A DNA stretch of 64,000 bases from Felis catus (GCF_018350175.1 NC_058368.1:123878001-123942000); one strand, 5' to 3'; shown: positions 1 through 13,161, counted from the first letter of the stretch. Made by a program: numbers and translations. The notes: a model not told the origin generated them from the sequence alone.

Positions 1-449
1 AATGCAGGGTCATATGAGCTTTTGTTTTTAGACTGAAAGACAGATTTATATTCTGGTAGGAATAATTGAGTAAAGGAAAATTTTGATGATACATGATTAA
101 AAAGACAGAAGGGATAACTACAGAAATAAAGTCTTGGAGGCAGGCAGGATGGGATGAAATACATGAGGAGATTTTTTTTTCTCATTATTTTCTAATTACC
201 TAGGAAGAAGAGTAATGGGATCCACTAAATTGAGAAAGGAATTTTAAGTAACAAAAGTATATAAATAAAGATTCAATCAGAATACAAGTTTATGTGAATT
301 CTTCATCAGGACAGTAAAGAGTCATACCCTCCAAAGTTCCCTGACTCTTAATTCAATTAGGATTTACTGAAAAAGATTTATGCTATATTTTCATTCCTAA
401 GAAATTCTTCAATCATGATAAAGTAACCAGTTTCAGGACCATAAATATT

Positions 450-675
450 TAAAAAAAAAATTTTTTTTTTTTCAACATTTATTTATTTTTGGGACAGAGA
501 GAGACAGAGCATGAACGGGGGAGGGGCAGAGAGAGAGGGAGACACAGAATCGGAAACAGGCTACAGGCTCTGAGCCATCAGCCCAGAGCCTGACACGGGG
601 CTCGAACTCACGGACTGCGAGATCGTGACCTGGCTGAAGTCGGACGCTTAACCGACTGCGCCACCCAGGCGCCCC
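450..675 (-). mobile_element. Young CAN-SINE (SINEC_Fc)
   Basis: tRNA-derived head, (CT)n tract, A-tail, CpGs intact; TSD aggaccataaatatt. Confidence 0.95.
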
Positions 676-752
676 AGGACCATAAATATTAACACAAGCC
701 TCTTTAATCCTCATGATTCTCCGTTCATATCATTTAAAAGTGAAATTATGTG

Positions 753-950
753 AGGGATGTCTGGGTGGCTCAGTTGGTTACGTGTCCGACTCTTGATTCG
801 TTTTGGGTCACGATCCCAGGGTTGTGGGATAGAGCCCTGGGTCACACTACACTGAGTGTGGAACCTGCTTGAGATTCTTTCTCTCTCTCCCTCTACCCTC
901 CCTCTCCCCATTCATTCTCTCTCTCTCTCTCAAAAAAAAAAAAAAAAAAA
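753..950 (+). mobile_element. CAN-SINE (older)
   Basis: Head, (CT)n, polyA; TSD aaaagtgaaat. Confidence 0.9.
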
Positions 951-2138
951 AAAGTGAAATAAATGGCTTAACCTCTTTTTAAATATGTTCTCCTTTTCAT
1001 CTTCTAAATATTTATACTCTTTTTTTCATTCATATTTCTCTCATGTCCTATCATTAGCAGAAACATTTATCACTAAGACTCTTACTATAAATCAGTATGG
1101 ATCTAATTTTAGAAAAAAACATCCTGGACTATTTTTATCAATGAATAGAAGCACTAGCTTAATGTTGCCATTTTCATCTGTGTTCAATTTTAAATACAAA
1201 CTGAAAGAGAAGGATGCCTTTCAAGATCCAATTATTTCCTTTATCCCGAATTGACACTGACTTATGAACTTCTTATAGAAATAAAAAAATCAAAGCTAAC
1301 GCACCAAGATGATCTGAAAACAAGTAACCATAACAAACAACTTCCAACAAATACCAACTCAATACACCTGGAAAACCCAGGAATGTTGTAACAAGAGAAA
1401 TAGAATGAGTGGTAGACAATTATAATTGCTGACTTTAGAGAGTAACACCAGATACTAAATAAATTTGAATTCTAGACTGCCTGAATTAACAGGTGAAGAA
1501 TGGAAACAAAGCAGTCTCTCTAAACAAGGGGATTTTGTACTACTTTCTCTTTATTAGTTTCCAGGAGACTAGTATAATACTCACTTCTATTTTTTAATCT
1601 GTTCTCTCATTTAGCATTATCCATTCATTGCTTCCTAATCCTCTAAATTTGAGGGACTTAAGAAATTCCCAATTTATAACCATGAGAGAAAAAAGGAGGG
1701 AGGGAACACTTAAAATTATCATCTTAATTAGCCTGAAAAACAATTTAAAAAAAACCATGAGGAGAACAATGATGTTAATGAAGAGTATTATCTACATATA
1801 TTAACACTGACCAGGTTCTAAATCTCTGAAATTCTAAGGGTGTACTTTCACAGAAAAGTCTAGAAAATGAGTTCTTGATTTTTCAATTGCATTATAACTT
1901 CAGTGAACTTCAATTCTAAAGCAGAAAGGACAACAGACCCTGGTTACTCCTAACTGAAAGAAAAGCAGAGATATTTCAATTGTATCCCTGTTTTTAGCTT
2001 AATATTAAGCATTAATAAACAGTGCTCGTTCAAAAAATACCACTATTTGTTTTATGATAGCAGTACTTTAACAATAGTTAACTAAAGGTCACATTTTTTT
2101 GTAATTTACTGATTCTTTATTTGACCAAAACAGCTCAC

Positions 2139-2246
2139 CTGGTACAAAATATTCTGTTTGCATAAACCAATGAAATTCCAAATGAAATCCCAAGCGAATG
2201 GCCTTCAAGGTGACAAGGAAAATCAAATAGAGAACAGATACTGTGC
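2139..2246 (-). CDS. SLC38A9: SLC38A9 coding exon 9 ([36 protein letters not shown]); gene continues beyond window start
   Basis: tctcacag| acceptor, CAG|gtgagc donor, 108 nt, phase 1-1. Overlaps ORF-track 2089..2271. Confidence 0.96.
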
Positions 2247-4245
2247 CTGTGAGAAAAAATTCAGAAACCATTGATCATTTTTGTGTATTTTACAGACTAT
2301 TTTAAAATTAAGCTTTGTTTCTATATTCTCAGCAAAGTTTGGAAAATTATTACCTTTATGGATTATGCCCACTAAAACCCAGGTGTGATCTAAAGAACAG
2401 AAACCAGCTATGTGAGTTTTCAGAAAACAAAGCAAAACATTATATAGTGGGCCTAAGAACTAAATGAAGGTGGCTCATATACTGAAGAAGGCAAGACTGT
2501 CTAATTTATTTATGAGTTAAGTGGAGGATACATGCAAAGAATTCATTACAAAACTGTATGGTTACATAGGAGAAAAAAACAACATCAAACTGACTCTTAT
2601 TCTTTGTATTGGAAATATCAGAGATAGTCAATAAGCAGGAAAAGTATGCCACAATATTTACTGAAAGATGGTAACAAAGTAGAGAAAGAAAAGTAGTGAC
2701 TGTGGATTATAAACCTATTTGAGAAAGGTGATAAGCCAAATAATCCATGAACACTCTGATGTCGTATCTGGATAAGGTTTCAACTAGGCAGTACTACCTA
2801 TTAGATGAAAAGATTACAGATTCTACTCATAGGTATTTATACACAGGGTGAGGTGGACATTCACAGCTTCTGGTAATCTAGAAGTTAAAGAATTATTCCT
2901 TAAAGGAGTTAAATCCAGTCATTATGGAGTAGAGTCAGGAAATTCAAGTAGGTTTCTTTCTTTAAGAATTAGATAAAAATTTCTGTAAAGAAGCTACAGT
3001 TTTAAAAGAAAGGGAGAGTATCAAGAAAAAGGGCAAAAGCAAAATATCCTTAAGGAGGTGGAAAATAATCAACCTGGTTACAAGTTTTGTGATTGTTTAA
3101 CAAATATTTCTATAAATTTATATGCCAACTTTTAAAGATCTGTTCCATAGGAAAGTCGGCAAGCAAATCAGGAAACCACAAATGAGCTACTCTGGGTTTG
3201 CAGATTAGCTGATTCAGAAAGAATAAAAACAAGAGGCCAAAGCTTATATAACCACAACTTTTCATTCTCTGTGGGTGTCTATGGCAGTCTTGTAGTGAAT
3301 CCTATTGTGAGACAGAGAGGTATAGAAAAATACCCTTACCTCCTACTTTGGTTTTCTGAAACTCAAAAAGCTAGCTCCTTGATGTGATGAGTAATCTAAT
3401 TATTTTATACTCTAGGGCCTACCAGGAGATCAGATCTATAGGGAGGAGGTGAAATCCTATGGTTTATTTGGGGTTATCAATTTTTTATGACTGTTATCCT
3501 TGTCTTTAGCTAACCAGATCTAAGCTTTCATTAGGGGCTCCTTTCACCGTCTAAAAGCTCAGTGTTGCAAAAGTGCTGCAAAAAAAAAAAAAAAAAAATG
3601 TGAAAACATTCCTTTAACGATGCTAAAATTTCTGAAATTTCTTCAGTGATTTCAGAAATTTCCGTAAAACAAGGCTCACAGTAAGAAGTCTCTTCCTTTA
3701 AAGAGGCCTTTTCTCTCCAGTAGAGAGAAATCACTGAGGAGGATGGCAAAAGCAGAATAAAGCTGGGCAGGTTGAGTTAGATAAAAAATGATATCCCAGG
3801 TGGGAAGGTGATAATTCTGTGCTATACTTTTAAATAGAAACCGTAGGAAAAAAATATTCCATAACCTCCCTTAGTAAGTTCTAATGATTCCAATCCTTAG
3901 GATTGAGAATTCCTATAATATCCAGTATGGATCTCTCCTCCTGAAATCTTAATGTTTCCTCTAATTGTACCCACAGAAGTAATGAGGAATAGTGTTTCAG
4001 TAAGGATAGAACAGGAAATCCAGTAACTCATCTTTAAAAAAAAGAACTTGGACTTAAAATGGTCATCTACATTTTCCTCTGTGCCAAACTCCACAAAGAA
4101 AACCAAAAAGCAGGGTAACATACAAATGAACAAATTGAGCATAGATGAACAGGCCTGGTGGGTAACTCCCCAGCCAGACAGTATCCACAGAATCCAACAT
4201 GTACTCCACTACACAGAAGCTCTATAACACAATGCCTTGGCTTAC

Positions 4246-4440
4246 CTAGGATATTAAATTTTGAAAAAAATGAAGGAGATTTGAAATTGAGCAGTGGCAG
4301 CAGGAGCCCTATGAGGTAAAAGGGCACTGTCTTAGACTTATTCCACCACTTTTCAAACTGCTGCAGTCCCGTGTCATTGGCATAGAAAATCATAGAGCCA
4401 TTGTCAGGGTGGCCACCACTCCCAGCACTTGGACAAATCA
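4246..4440 (-). CDS. SLC38A9: SLC38A9 coding exon 8 ([65 protein letters not shown])
   Basis: ctgttgcag| acceptor, G|gtaagc donor, 195 nt, phase 1-1. Overlaps ORF-track 4067..4441. Confidence 0.97.
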
Positions 4441-5320
4441 CTGCAACAGGAAAGCATCAGATAAGAGAAGACCACAAAGAACAGACAATGAGTATCCCAA
4501 AAGACTGACACTTGTTCTACCAACCTCAACTTGTCTCACGAATATTAAGTTTCCCCTTTCTGAAAAAAATGGAGGGTTATATTTAGATATAGGATAGGAC
4601 TCTTTTATCTGCAAACAATTAAAGGTGGTAGAATCTTAGACAATTCTGAGGTATATCCTTAATTTGTATGGGAAGCTATAAAATATCCCACCAACTATCC
4701 TATGGTTCCATTGCCAGAGAGAAAATTTGGGGATGAATGGTATTTGATCTCATTTATACAATGATGTAAGAAATATTGAGGGTGATTTGTTACTTTTATG
4801 TTAATAACCCACACAAAGGCCAAAGAGCAGGTTTCTTTTAACAAAATCTATCGGGTTGGAATAAAAAGTGGACATCATTGAAACAGCTGACACAGTATTT
4901 CCAACACTGAATTGTTGGTTATAGCTTAAGAATCCTTGAATTCCAGCAATCTGGGATAATTCTCCCGTAAGTTTATCACATTTTACAGCAGCCTAAGAGC
5001 CTAGATGATATCCAGAGAAGTGGGAATTGAATGAAACATTTTTCCTAACACTGATCTTCAAATAGTAATTTCTTTTGTTGAGGAGAGACAATACACATCA
5101 TTTTGTGTTTCTATTTTCACAATAGTACTTTTCCTAATAATCAGCTCTTTTTAAAAGAACTCTTAATGCTGGTGAAAAATACTCCTACTGAGCAACATTC
5201 ATACTCATTACTAGTCAAAGAGAAAAAGATGCATTCATTTTAAGTTCTGTTTTTAATTTTATTCTGTTTCTTGGCATGCCACAAAGCCAAACACTTAGTT
5301 TTCTTGCTTAGTCAGCATTT

Positions 5321-5523
5321 TTATTTTTTTTAATGTTTATTTTATTTTTGAGAGAGAGAGGAACAGCACAGCTGGGGAGAGGCCTAGAGAGGGGGACAAA
5401 GGATCCGAAGCAGACTCTGTGCTGACAGCAGGGAGCCCAATGTGGGGCTCAAACTCATGAACTGTGAGATCATGACCTGAGCCAAAGTTGGATGCTCAAC
5501 TGCTGAGGCACCCATTGTCCCTA
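5321..5523 (-). mobile_element. CAN-SINE
   Basis: TSD cttagtcagcattt. Confidence 0.9.
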
Positions 5524-5604
5524 CTTAGTCAGCATTTCAACATGTATTTTTTTCTTTTATGTCTGGACAGAAGTAAATTAACTTGAATTTTTCTTGTGCT
5601 AGTA

Positions 5605-5815
5605 ATTACAGTGGTAAAAAGCACAGGTTATGGAGATAAATTGACTAAATAATGAACCGTGACTCTGTCACTTAATACTTATGTAACCTTGGGCAAGTCA
5701 TTAGTTTCTCTGTGCCTTCCTTGGTTTCTGCATCTAGAGAGTGAAGCAAAGAGGTACCGTACAACATTTAGATTAATGCCTGCTACACAGTAAGTATCCA
5801 AAAATGCCAGCTGTA
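5605..5815 (+). mobile_element. MIR
   Basis: Core tgtaaccttgggcaagtcatt...tctctgtgcct. Confidence 0.7.
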
Positions 5816-5886
5816 ATTTTATATTAACTGAGATGGACTATTTCATACTCTTACTATTTAATACATTCTTCAAAATAAGCAGATGA

Positions 5887-6107
5887 GGGGCGCCTGGGTG
5901 GCGCAGTCGGTTAAGCGTCCGACTTCAGCCAGGTCACGATCTCGCGGTCCAGGAATTCGAGCCCCGCGTCAGGCTCTGGGCTGATGGCTCAGAGCCTGGA
6001 GCCTGTTTCCGATTCTGTGTCTCCCTCTCTCTCTGCCCCTCCCCCGTTCATGCTCTGTCTCTCTCTGTCCCAAAAATAAATAAACGTTGAAAAAAAAATT
6101 TTTTTTT
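5887..6107 (+). mobile_element. Young CAN-SINE (SINEC_Fc)
   Basis: Near-identical to the 8539 copy; TSD aaataagc(a/c)gatga. Confidence 0.95.
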
Positions 6108-6513
6108 AAATAAGCCGATGAATCAGGAAGTGCTAGTATCAACATACCACCATGCAAAGTAAACTTTGCTGATGGTCTTCTTGAAATCATCAGTGTATGA
6201 AGAGATTTTAAAATTATACCAAAATATTTTAGGATAATTATTCAAAGGTGTGTGTGCGTGTCCAGAAAAAAGCTGGTACTTCACTCACTCATTTGCTAGT
6301 GTTAACAAAATACAGGTTAATAGGTTTAATTAAAGAGCAAAGTAAGATACTGAATAGTAAATACTGAAATGGTTGCTTCATGAGAGAGACTTTTGCCTGT
6401 CTCCTACATCCCCAAAGTCTAGAACAGTTCCTGACACAGGCTTAAAAAATATATATTGAATGAACTGTCTTCTCAGAGATCAATGCATTCAGCCATCAAA
6501 ACGTTATCATCTT

Positions 6514-6680
6514 GGGGGCTCCTGGGTGGCTCAGTCAGTTAAGCATCTCTGGATTTTGCTTAGGTCATGATCTCACAGTTTGTGAGTTCGAGCCCTGTGC
6601 TGACAGCATGGAGCCTGCTTAGGATTCTCTCTTTCTTCCTCTCTCTCTCTCTCTCAAAATAAATAAAAACTTTAAAAAAA
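6514..6680 (+). mobile_element. CAN-SINE (internally deleted)
   Basis: Head, (CT)n and aaaataaataaa tail. Confidence 0.85.
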
Positions 6681-7363
6681 TTATATCAATTTGGTATCTC
6701 TGAAATCTAAATACATAAAAGCCTTAGGTGATGTACAAGTTTAACAGTGAGACTGTTAACAAGGTTATCATAGCTTTGTTATTCACCTTCCCTGTGACTG
6801 CCATCATGGATAAATCCACATGCTACAAAGATTTATTGTAAATAAATTAATTGAAGGAAACTTTTCTAATAAATTAGGATATTTTTGCTAAGCCTTCAAT
6901 TTATTTTTCTGTATATATTTACTAACCTTTGTTCATTATCAGGAAATTAATTATTCTGTAGCATACAGTTTTGTGTATCTTAAATATTAGTAACTAATAC
7001 AATAAACATCTAAAAAATTTTACAAACTGAGAACTATGCTTTTAGACTTCTGAAACAATTAGCAGAGATAGAGGCTCTTAAAAACAAGTATTGACTATTT
7101 ATAGGCAAATATGGATTTTATAGATGTTAGTTACAATTGTGAATTGCATAATATGAACTCAACCTTGTTTAGCTTACATTAACACAACGTTTTATGGAGT
7201 TTGTTTTTTTTTAAAGACACCAGTTGCTGAAAATTTAATAGTGGCTCAGTTAACATAATGATATTACATTAATTATTTACCTAAGGTAAAGCAATATATT
7301 CTACCTTAAATCCGTTTTGAAGTGAAGTAGAAAATTAAAAACAAAACAAAACAAAACAAGCTA

Positions 7364-7762
7364 AGGGGCGCCTGGGTGACTCAGTCGGTTAAGCATCTGA
7401 CTCTTGATATTGGTTCAGGTCATGATCTCACAGTTGTGATCTCAAGCCTCATGTTGGGCTCCATGCTGAGCATGGAGCCTGTTTGGGATTCTCTCTCCCC
7501 TTCCCCCACTCCCTCTCACTCTCAAAATAAATAAATAAACTTGAAACAACAAAACAGGAGCACATGGGTGGCTCAGCTGGTTAAGCTCAGGCCATGATCT
7601 GGCAGTGGTTCATGAGTTTGAGCACCACATCAGGCTCTCTGCTGTCAGCTCAGAGCCACTTCAGATCATCTGTCCCCTTTTTTTCTCTGCCCCTCCCTCA
7701 CTCATGCATGTACTTTCCCTCTTTTTCTCTCTCACTCTCTCAATCAAAAATAAATAAACATT

Positions 7763-7790
<28 letters not shown>
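7364..7790 (+). mobile_element. Two tandem CAN-SINEs ending about 30 nt from the exon 7825 donor
   Basis: Heads at 7364 and 7557; outer TSD aaaacaagctaag; (AAAAC)n tail. Confidence 0.9.
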
Positions 7791-7793
<3 letters not shown>

Positions 7794-7824
7794 CAAGCTA
7801 AGCTTCAAATTCTAAGCTACTTAC

Positions 7825-7884
7825 CCGGGTTGCTATCATTGGTACTCAGTACAGCATCTGTGTCATTAATGTGATGAATAAAAT
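7825..7884 (-). CDS. SLC38A9: SLC38A9 coding exon 7 (N-FIHHINDTDAVLSTNDSNP), luminal glycosylated loop
   Basis: ttttag| acceptor, G|gtaagt donor, 60 nt, phase 1-1. Contains NDT and NDS sequons. Confidence 0.94.
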
Positions 7885-8538
7885 CTAAAAATTAGAGAAA
7901 AAAATACATGTTAATACCAAATAAAAGATGTTAAACTGATCACCCTCTAAAATCTTTGATCTATAAAAATCTTTTAAGATCTAGCATGGGGTAATACACC
8001 TAGTACAAGGAACAAAGACTGCTTCATTGTTAACACAGCTTCGCCTTTGTCAGTTTTCTGTACTTACAGAAATGATGCCATTGACTTCAGAGTTCTCACT
8101 ATGGAAAATTTTCACATGATTGAGGATTAAAAAAAAAAATCTAGCCACAAGGCAGAATTTAGTTAAAGCCCTGGAATCAAACTGTACAACTGTTTTCTTA
8201 TACTCACACTAATTTATATGTAAGTATAGTTACACCTTATATAAAGAAGGGGAAAACCAACACTTATAATAGCCAAGCTTATCAGGAGAACCACTTAAAG
8301 TTTTTAGAAAGTATACTACATGCTTTTATAGACTGACGGTTATACAGTAATTATTGCTCACAAGAACCACTAAATTACACCAAAGGAAGTAGCAAAGTTA
8401 AAAGCATATGCAGATATCTGAGCATTCATATTATTCTATAGTTAATGAGAGAATGGGTAAAGAATGTGTTTTCTTGTTACTTTATTCTGTTTGATATTAA
8501 TTTTTTATAATCTTAATAAGCATTAAAAAGTGATGATA

Positions 8539-8760
8539 GGGGCGCCTGGGTGGCGCAGTCGGTTAAGCGTCCGACTTCAGCCAGGTCACGATCTCGCGGT
8601 CCGTGAGTTCGAGCCCCGCGTCAGGCTCTGGGCTGATGGCTCAGAGCCTGGAGCCTGTTTCCGATTCTGTGTCTCCCTCTCTCTCTGCCCCTCCCCCGTT
8701 CATGCTCTGTCTCTCTCTGTCCCAAAAATAAATAAATGTTGAAAAAAAAATTAAAAAAAA
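8539..8760 (+). mobile_element. Young CAN-SINE (SINEC_Fc)
   Basis: Perfect TSD aaaaagtgatgata; CpGs intact. Confidence 0.95.
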
Positions 8761-8990
8761 AAAAGTGATGATAAAAATGTTGGATTAGATTTTCAGGTCA
8801 TAAAGTTAAGTATGTGAATTATTCATCTTCACTTCCACTGTATGCTTCTCAAGATAAAAGGAGAAGTTTAGCGCTCTAGGTTTTTATGCTATCTTCAAGG
8901 GTTATTAGTGATAAGATTGGAAGTTATCAATCTTTATATACGTCGTGATGCCAAAGACTTAAATAAGGCTAGTAAAACCCTGATAGCGAG

Positions 8991-9321
8991 TATACTAGGT
9001 TGAAGAGTCTCCCCCCAAATCCATGCCCATAGGAACCTTAGAATGTGATCTTATTTGGAAACAGGGTCTTTGCAGATATAATCAAGTGATGATAAGGTTG
9101 TATTGGTTAGGGTAAGCCGTAAATGAATTTTATGGCTTCTTCCCCAGAAGCTAGGAGAGGCAAGGAAGGAGCTTTCCCTAAAGGCTTCAAAGGGAGTGGA
9201 GCCCTAGTGACACTTCAATTTTGGACTTCTGGTTGCCAGGACTCTGAGAATAAATTTCTCTTGTTTTAAGCCAAAGAGTTCACGGTAATTTTTACAGCAG
9301 CCCTAAGTCTCAACAAGGACA
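8991..9321 (+). mobile_element. MaLR LTR (MLT1-type)
   Basis: gaatgtgatcttatttggaaacagggtctttgcagat and aataaatttctcttgttttaagcca hallmarks. Confidence 0.85.
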
Positions 9322-9347
9322 GTGTGAGAAAAGAAAAAAAAAAAAAA

Positions 9348-9349
<2 letters not shown>

Positions 9350-9384
<35 letters not shown>
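9350..9384. repeat. (CA)n microsatellite
   Basis: Seen directly. Confidence 0.95.
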
Positions 9385-9386
<2 letters not shown>

Positions 9387-9529
9387 GTAATATCTCTTGT
9401 GAAAAGACACAAAGGTCCTAAATAAAACAGCAGCCACACTCCTTTCAAAAGTAAACTGAATCCAGTAAGCAATTAAAAAATACACATCATGACTGTTAAA
9501 CTAAGTTTATAACAGAATATTAAGAATGA

Positions 9530-10300
9530 CTTAAATACTACAAAATGTATTCATTTAATTCACCATATTAACAATTTAAAGAAGAGTTTTATGATCATCT
9601 CAAGATTATTGAGCATCTGATAAAATCCAACAACACATGAATAAAACTGCTTAAGAAAATAATAGGCAGGAACATCTTTAAGTTGCTAAAGGGTGTAACC
9701 AATATCCCACAACAAACATAATATTTAATGGTGAAACATCAGAAAGATTTCTACAGGAACAATATAAGGATGTCTACCAGCACTGCATCTATACAACTTT
9801 ACACTTTAAAAAAGATAAGCATGTCTATATATATGTGTTTGTATGTATATACATATATAAATATAAGGGTATGGCATACATAAATACAAATGTATGTATA
9901 CACATAAGAATCACTTAGAAAGTAATAACTGGCTAGGAAGTTTTCATTACTCATGGAGGAGGTAACTATCTTAACAGAAAATCCAAAGTGAATCTACAAA
10001 ATTAGCATCAGTAAGAGTTCAACACATCTGCTAGATTCAAGATAAACATCTAAAAATTAATTATGTTCTTTTATAATAGCAACAAATAACTTGAATTTTT
10101 ATAATAAAAAAATATTATCACTACTTTCTAGGAAGATGGAATGGTTTCAATGAAGGGGGTGTGGGTTACATGGATGTATTCATTTGTCAAAATTATACAG
10201 CTAAGATTTACGTGTTTCTATGAATTTAAATTCTATGTAAAAAAGAGAATTGTATATATGATAGTAATTAATTGGGGTGCAGAGTGGATATAAGCATAGA
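9530..10300 (+). mobile_element. Ancient L1 (L1M-type) ORF2/3' fragment
   Basis: Degenerate RT-region sequence (atgatcatctca...tgataaaatccaaca; atatttaatggtgaaac; aatccaaag...tctacaaa). Confidence 0.65.
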
Positions 10301-10593
10301 TCATGTTTTTTCAGTGGAAAAAATATTGCTCCCAAAGGGGAAAAAATTTGTACCTAGGGGGCAAAAAAGGTCTCTTATCCTTTTTACATAGAAAGCACAA
10401 ATATATATACAGTTCATAATGGATAAAAAGTATATCTGTGATATTAAAACAAACTGAATCAACTATATTTTTCAGAATTACAAAATGACTTTTTGCTTTA
10501 TTTATCCCAAGTCCAGAATTTAAGGCTGAAACTAAAACATTTCAATAGTTACTGTATCTAAAAGTAACTAATGTTAAAGATATAGATACTTAC

Positions 10594-10764
10594 TAAAAAT
10601 AAACTTTCCAGTATTAAAAAGAAAATTAGACATAAGCACCCAATAAACTATCATTGCTCCAATAAGAGACACCAAAGAGAAAAGGAGACTTGACCACTGT
10701 CCAAAGGAGCCAAAATAATATCTGCAGACATCTGGATATTCCCAGGTAGTGGTATCCACTGATG
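10594..10764 (-). CDS. SLC38A9: SLC38A9 coding exon 6 ([57 protein letters not shown]), TM3
   Basis: tttatctag| acceptor, |gtaagt donor, 171 nt, phase 1-1. Overlaps ORF-track 10574..10759. Confidence 0.97.
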
Positions 10765-10922
10765 CTAGATAAACATAAAAGAAAGAATAAAATTAGATGT
10801 TAATCATATATCCCATAATCATAATTTGTGTTCCCTCAATTAACTCAAAATATTTAACAAAATATTAAGAATATTCCACCACCAAATATTAGATATTAAA
10901 TCATATAAAAACATTATAGAAC

Positions 10923-11350
10923 AGGGGCACCTGGATGGCTTAGTCAGTTAAGCATCCAACTTCAACTCAGGTCATGATCTCACACTTTGTGTGTTTGAGC
11001 CCCACACTGAGCTCTGTCTGCCAGTATAGAGCCCGCTTTGGATCCTCTGACTCTTCTCTGCCCTTCCCCCACTCGTGCATGCTCTCTCTCTCACTCTCCC
11101 TCTCAAAAATAAATAAACATTAAAAAAAAATTAAGGGGCGCCTGAGTGGTTCAGTTGGTTGAGCGTCTGACCTCAGCTCAAGTCATGATCATGCAGTTTA
11201 TGAGTTTAAGCCCCACATCAGGCTCTGTGGTGACAGCTCAGAGCCTGGTACCTGCTTTGGATTCTGTGTCTTCCTCTCTTTCTGCCCCTCCCCTGCTCAT
11301 GCTCTGCCTCTCACTCTCTCAAAAATAAATAAAACATATAAAAAACTTAA
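10923..11350 (+). mobile_element. Two tandem CAN-SINEs
   Basis: Heads at about 10923 and 11134, each with (CT)n and an A-tail. Confidence 0.9.
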
Positions 11351-12514
11351 AAAACTACAGAACACATACAAAAGAAATATAGATCAATGAAACAGTATAG
11401 ATAACATAAGAAATAGATTATAGTATATTATATAATTAATAAAAACAAATGATAAATCAAGGCTAGACAAAATCATCAGTGAGAGTCAGAAGATATTATC
11501 CAGCAATATTTGGCATACTTAAATAACAGTATGGAATAAAATTTTCCTGAGTCATACTTTATACCACATGATAATTTCAGACAATTGAGCTAAGAATTAA
11601 AAAATTAAATAACAGAAAAGTTAGAAGACAATGTAAAAACAGACACTGAAAGGTTACCCTTTTCTATCAAATGAAGAAAGAAATTACAATGGAAAAGACA
11701 GACAGATATAAACAAACTCATATAACACTAAAGCCATTAAAATGTTGAATGGAAAAGAAATTGACATGAAATAACAGCTAAAAGGCTAATGCTTACATCA
11801 TATATAGCACTTAGCAGATCTATAAGAACACCAAGAGACTTGTGGATAAATGGGAATGGGATAAATACATAATAAAATTAAGAGAAAATATACCAGTGCT
11901 TAAGAGACCCCCTCCCCACCAAAAAAAAATTGAAGGCAAAATCTGGTCTCTTAGAATTGCCAAGATTCACTGAAACAATATATGTCTATTTCAGTCCTAA
12001 ACTATTTTAAAACAATGTAAAATGGTATTTCTCTGATCCAGAATTTATAGAGGAATAGAGGCAACGTATAAATAAACTTTGCAAATTCACTACAAAGGAC
12101 ACGTTCATATTTTCATATTTTTCTAGTTACATTTTCTAGTTTTAGGGAATTCCAACATTTAGATCTCTTGGTAGGGATAGATCAAAAGTTACCATTAACT
12201 GTTAAGAATCATAGAATTCTCAATTTAGTTCTGAAAAAGACTATTTTTAAAAGATGACCTTTAAAATTATTATGAGGAAATTAGCACCAAAGTAAATGCA
12301 TTCTGCAAAGAATTACAAACCTCTCTGAATTTAAAGGCAGTCACTAATTCACTGACATATCAGTTCAGCTGAATGCTATGAATAAGACAAGTAAATCTTT
12401 AGGCACAAAATAGTTAACACACACATGGAATGTACACATTAATGATCTACTGTAACAGGAAATACTTATTAATACCCAAATAGCTACTCTATTTTTATCA
12501 TGGCAAACTCTTAC

Positions 12515-12608
12515 ATATCATAGCTCGTGATTTCACTACTCTATAGCAGCAATAAAGTGTTAAAATGCCCATCAGCATGATGACACACATTCCAGTAGTA
12601 AAGCCAGC
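12515..12608 (-). CDS. SLC38A9: SLC38A9 coding exon 5 ([31 protein letters not shown]), TM2
   Basis: tttaaacag| acceptor, |gtaaga donor, 94 nt, phase 0 to 1. Confidence 0.96.
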
Positions 12609-12838
12609 CTGTTTAAAAACACAAAAAGAACAACATATATCATGTTAGAATAAATTCATATGCAACCATATTATGTTACTTTAAACAATTATGATAAAAA
12701 CCTGACAATGTAAAATTAAGTATAATTACCTATTTTCTTTAATAAATTTTACGTAGATTTATTAAAACCTTTATTATAAAGCTTACAATATGAAGAGAAA
12801 AAAATTCAGGCAAAAAGCATGCTGAAAAATTATATTAC

Positions 12839-12902
12839 CTGTTTCATGCCCCAAGGAATACTTAGTATAGATGTTCCCATCATGGTATTCCAAATCATAA
12901 AA
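12839..12902 (-). CDS. SLC38A9: SLC38A9 coding exon 4 ([22 protein letters not shown]), TM1 with the GTS substrate-binding motif
   Basis: gttttcag| acceptor, CAG|gtaata donor, 64 nt. Running total 432 nt = 144 codons. Confidence 0.96.
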
Positions 12903-13039
12903 CTGAAAACACAGAGTAACAGCAGTAAAAATATGGAGTTTAACTATTCAAATATCTTAATTAAGACAAAAATTAAAATAACCAGTAATTTTCATTTATT
13001 TATAGTTTAAGTAATGCTCCAAAAATTAAGTTTACTCAC

Positions 13040-13161
13040 ATGGTTACTAAACTGGTGTTTTTACCATATCCTTCAGTGTAACTTTGGAGTTTATAAGCAG
13101 AACCCAATGGACTATATACATAGCACTCTTCTGGAGCTGGAACTACATGATCTGGAGCAAT
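13040..13161 (-). CDS. SLC38A9: SLC38A9 coding exon 3 ([41 protein letters not shown])
   Basis: ttactag| acceptor, |gtgagt donor, 122 nt, phase 0 to 2. Not in the ORF track; translated by hand. Confidence 0.96.
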
